A stretch of 64,000 bases of DNA. Origin: the human T2T-CHM13v2.0 reference genome, Homo sapiens. The stretch lies in the NCBI RefSeq assembly GCF_009914755.1, contig NC_060945.1. One strand, written 5' to 3'. The position numbers and the translations under genes are program-made. Below the pieces are notes generated by a model. The model was not told the DNA's origin. It was given only the letters and a program-made list of their open reading frames with translations, and did no database searches. This document shows, in pieces, positions 59,945-64,000 of this stretch (the stretch's first letter is position 1; each line of letters begins with the position of its first letter).

Positions 59945-60754
59945 ATTTTAAAACAAAAAACAAAAAAGCACTATATTTATAGTTAAACAATATTTAACTA
60001 TTTAAAAACAAGTTTAAATAGTTAAAAATATGTTACATTTCCATGCTGTTTAGACTATCTCCAAAACTCTAGGATATACACCAGTACTGCTATAATGTGT
60101 GACATCATTTACTGTGTTATATCAAAATACCTGCCAGTAACGAGAGTGCCTCTGCACTTCAGTCTGGGCTACAGAGTGAGACCCTGTCTCAAAAAAAAAA
60201 AAATTGTTTCCTTGTTAAGATAACACTGTGACCAATAGTAAATGAATTTTAAAATATTTTACCTGACATCATCATCAAAACCTGTCTGTCCTATTTCACT
60301 TCTGGCATATTTAAATACATATGTTTGATTTTTAAAGTGCATGTTCTCTAATTTTTTTTCTACTTAATATTATTGTATCCTAAACATCTGTTGTTGGAAG
60401 TATTTCATATATATCCATTTTAATGAAGCATGATGTTTCATTAAGTTGACGTTCCATAACTTATCATTTTCTTATTTTTGGACCTAGAGATTGTTTTTAA
60501 TTTTATGTCATATGTAATGTTGCATTCCTGGAGTCTTTTTCATTCTTTTGAACATTCAGAGCACAGGTATTAAGACAATGGGTTGTTGGGAAAAATGAAA
60601 TGAAATTTAAGTGAAACCACTTTTTCTCACACGTCAGACCATTCTGCAAGCTTTTTTTTTTTTTTTTTTTTTTTTTTAACTGATGCATTGATCTCTAGAA
60701 CACAATTTAAGAAACCTTGGTAAGGAAAAAAAGTGAACTTCTGGCCTTTCTTTT

Positions 60755-61385
60755 TTAACTTGTGGTAAACACATTTAACATGAGAACTTAATCATCTTGC
60801 ATAATTAAAACTTTTTACCTGTTGAATAGCAATTCCCCATTTCTCCCTCCCCGTTTCTCCTGGCACTCTCTGCTTCTCCTACTCTCTGCTTTCTATTTTA
60901 TATACCTCATAAAAGTGGTTTTATGCAATATTTGTCCTCCTGAGACTGCCTTATTTTACTTGGCAAAATGTCCTCCAGGTTCATTCATGTTGGATATAGC
61001 AGGACTTTTTTTTTAAGGCTGAGTGATATTCCATAGTATTTAGATACCATTTTCTTAATCTACTCATCCATCTATTAACATTTAGGTTGTTTCCACATCT
61101 TGACTAATTCAGTGAACATAGGAGTGCAAATAGCCCTTCAATATCTTAATTTCAGTTCTTCTGAAAATACCAAAAGATTGGTAGGATTGCTGGATCATAG
61201 GGTAGTTCTGTTTTTAATTTTTTGAGGAATCTCCATACTGTTTTCTATAATGGCTGTACCAATTTACATTACCACCAGCAGTGTACAAGAGTTCCAATTT
61301 CTCCACATTTTCACCAGCACTTACCTTTGGTTTGTTTTTGTCTGTTTGTTTAATAGCTAAACTGACAGGTGTGAGGTGATAAGTT
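60755..61385 (-). mobile_element. L1MA/L1MB-type 3' fragment
   Basis: gtcctccaggttcattcatgttg...ggattgctggatcatagggtagttctg...ctccatactgttttctataatggctgtaccaatttaca...acaggtgtgaggtgata. Confidence 0.8.
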
Positions 61386-62257
61386 CTGGCCTTTCTAAGT
61401 GAAAGGTGTATGGTGAAATCACCAGGTAAGAGTGTGTAGAGTGAGAAGAAGCCCAAGTCAGCGCCCTGGGGCACGCAGGAACTAAGAAAACCCTACTGTG
61501 AAAATGAAATCATACATGATGATGGACCAGTTCTGGTAGGATGGTTGGGTCAACACTTAGAACAGTGGATTAAAGAAATCTAAGGAAGCAGGGCTGGGCT
61601 CAATGGCTCACGCCTGTAATCCTAGCACTTTGGGAGGCCAAGGCAGGCAGAGCCCAGGAGTTCGAGACCAGTCTGGCCAACATGGCAAAGCCCCATCTCT
61701 ACAAAAAATATAAAAATTAGCCGGGCATGGTGGCACATGCCTGTTGTCCCAGCTACTCAGGAGGCTGAGGTGGGAGGATTGCTTGAGCCCCAAGGGTGCA
61801 GTGAGCCATGATAGCGCCACTGCACTCCAGCCTGGGTGACAGAGCAAAAGACCTTGTCTTCAAAAAAATTAAGAAATCTAAGGAAGCAGTACATTTTGCA
61901 TATACCTGTCTCAAATGAAATCCTATGTAAGGTTCAAATCATATCAGATGAAATGGTTATTGTTTATCTTCTCTTTGCCTCCCCACATCCCCCCTTCACC
62001 AGATCCCCCACTAGCTCCAGAGACATCTGATTCATAAGACCCAATATAAAAGCTAATAGACTATTCTTTCAAAGTCCTTGGTGGTGAAGGGAAGGAAAAA
62101 GCAAGACGGCACAGTAACTAGAAGCAGGGCAAAGGTTAGTTTAAGATAGGAGAGATGCAAGCATAATTAATGTAGGCTGTGGAAAGAGAGCCTGGAAAGA
62201 AGGGGCCAAGATAAAATGAAGAACTTGAGAAAGTGAGAGAGATGGATGCAGATTTAA

Positions 62258-62521
<264 letters not shown>

Positions 62522-63776
62522 TAGCCAGGATGGTCTCGATCTCCTGACCTCGTGATCTGCCTGCCTTGGCCTCCCAAAGTGTTGGGATTACAGGCGTGAG
62601 CCACTGCGCCCCGCCGGTCTCACTTTTCTTTATGACGTATAGGTGAGGCCATTCCCTGGGCGGCTTGCCAGTTGTAGGGCAGGGTAAGAAGACAGAAAAG
62701 AGATGAAATTTAGGAAATTTCGGATGAAGAATGGGAGAGAGAAGAGGCTTAGAACACAGAAAGCAGTCCTTGAATGGTGATGGTGCTGGTGAGGTTTGAA
62801 TCACAAACTTGTTACACTGGCCATTTAGGGCCTGGATATTAGCTGGCAGAGTAAGTGCTCAATAAAAGTGTGTTTGTATGAAGACATGATTTGTTCCATT
62901 CCTGTTGTATTTTATTAAAAAAAAAAACAACCTTTCCTATTCATTTACTATTGCATATAGAGGACTTGGGTGCATCTAACCTCAGGAAGACATGAAGAGG
63001 TGATGGACTACTTTATTTATTTACTTATATTTTTTATAGAGATGGGATCTTGCTATGTTATCTAAGCTGGTCTCAAACTCCTGGCCTCAGGCAGTCTTTA
63101 GCCTTTGCCTCCCAAAGTGCTGGGATTATAGGCATGAGCCACCATACCTGGCCCTGGACCACTTTGGAAAGAAATATGAATCCACTTGATTATGAAAACA
63201 GCCGTTTATTAAATTTATTAATTTATTAAACAGCCTCTGCAGTTAAGTATGTTCTCCTAGACAAGAGTTGGCGAAAACTCTCACTTCTGGGTTAACTTTC
63301 TTAAAACACTTATGTTCACTCTCTTGCTCAAAAGCTTTCCTAGACAACTTCCAATTTAAAGAATTCCAGGCCAGGCGTGTTGGCTAACACCTATAATCCC
63401 GGCACTTTGGGAGGCCGAGGCAGGCAGATATCTCGAGCCCAGGAGTTGGAGACCAGCCTGGCCAACATGGCGAAACCTGTCTCTGGTAAAAATACAAAAG
63501 TTAGCTGGGCATGGTGGCAGGCGCCAGATACTTGGGAGGCTGAAGTAGGAGGATCACCTGAGCCTGAGGAGGTCAAGGCTGCAGTGAGTTGTGATCGCAC
63601 TACTGAACTCCGGCCTGGGTGACAGAGTGAGGCCTTGTCTCAAAACCAAAAATACATAAATAAAGATTAAAGTCTAAACCATAGGTTTAGTGGCTTCAGA
63701 CTTTTACATCTGACCCTGCACTATTATACTTACTCTATCCTTATACTGGCATATACATGTATTTTTTAAAAAATAA

Positions 63777-63953
<177 letters not shown>

Positions 63954-64000
63954 TAATTCTTTTGTAGGGAGGAGGTCTCACTATGTTGTCCAGGCTGGTC

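Overview
Human (or near-identical great-ape) genomic DNA from the CXADR locus (coxsackievirus and adenovirus receptor), transcribed on the + strand. The window opens inside intron 1; exon 1, the promoter and the distal alternative exon 8 are not in it. It contains coding exons 2-7 (30072-30238, 34794-34998, 42018-42173, 43745-43867, 44381-44519, 48471-48735). All have GT-AG boundaries and consistent phases, and their 1055 nt plus a 43-nt exon 1 give the 365-aa CAR protein ending in -GSIV. A ~4.4 kb 3'UTR follows. Intron 1 carries an antisense processed BTF3L4 (NAC-beta-like) retrocopy with an open reading frame. The rest is dominated by about 50 Alu elements, plus L1/L2/MIR relics, MaLR LTRs and DNA-transposon fossils (Tigger1, MER2, MER20, MER33, MER94, MER5). 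There are also two Y1 RNA pseudogenes and a tailless U2 snRNA fragment. Nearly all other ORFs in the supplied track are Alu or microsatellite artefacts. I found no convincing previously undescribed biological system. The best leads are the three-frame use of exon 7 with an overlapping stop codon and splice donor, the stop-loss BTF3L4 retrocopy, an exact 34-bp non-repeat duplication in intron 2, inverted Alus bracketing the exon blocks skipped in soluble CAR isoforms, and several template-switch-like inverted repeats. Repeat family names and comparisons to reference sequences come from recall of consensus sequences and need database confirmation.
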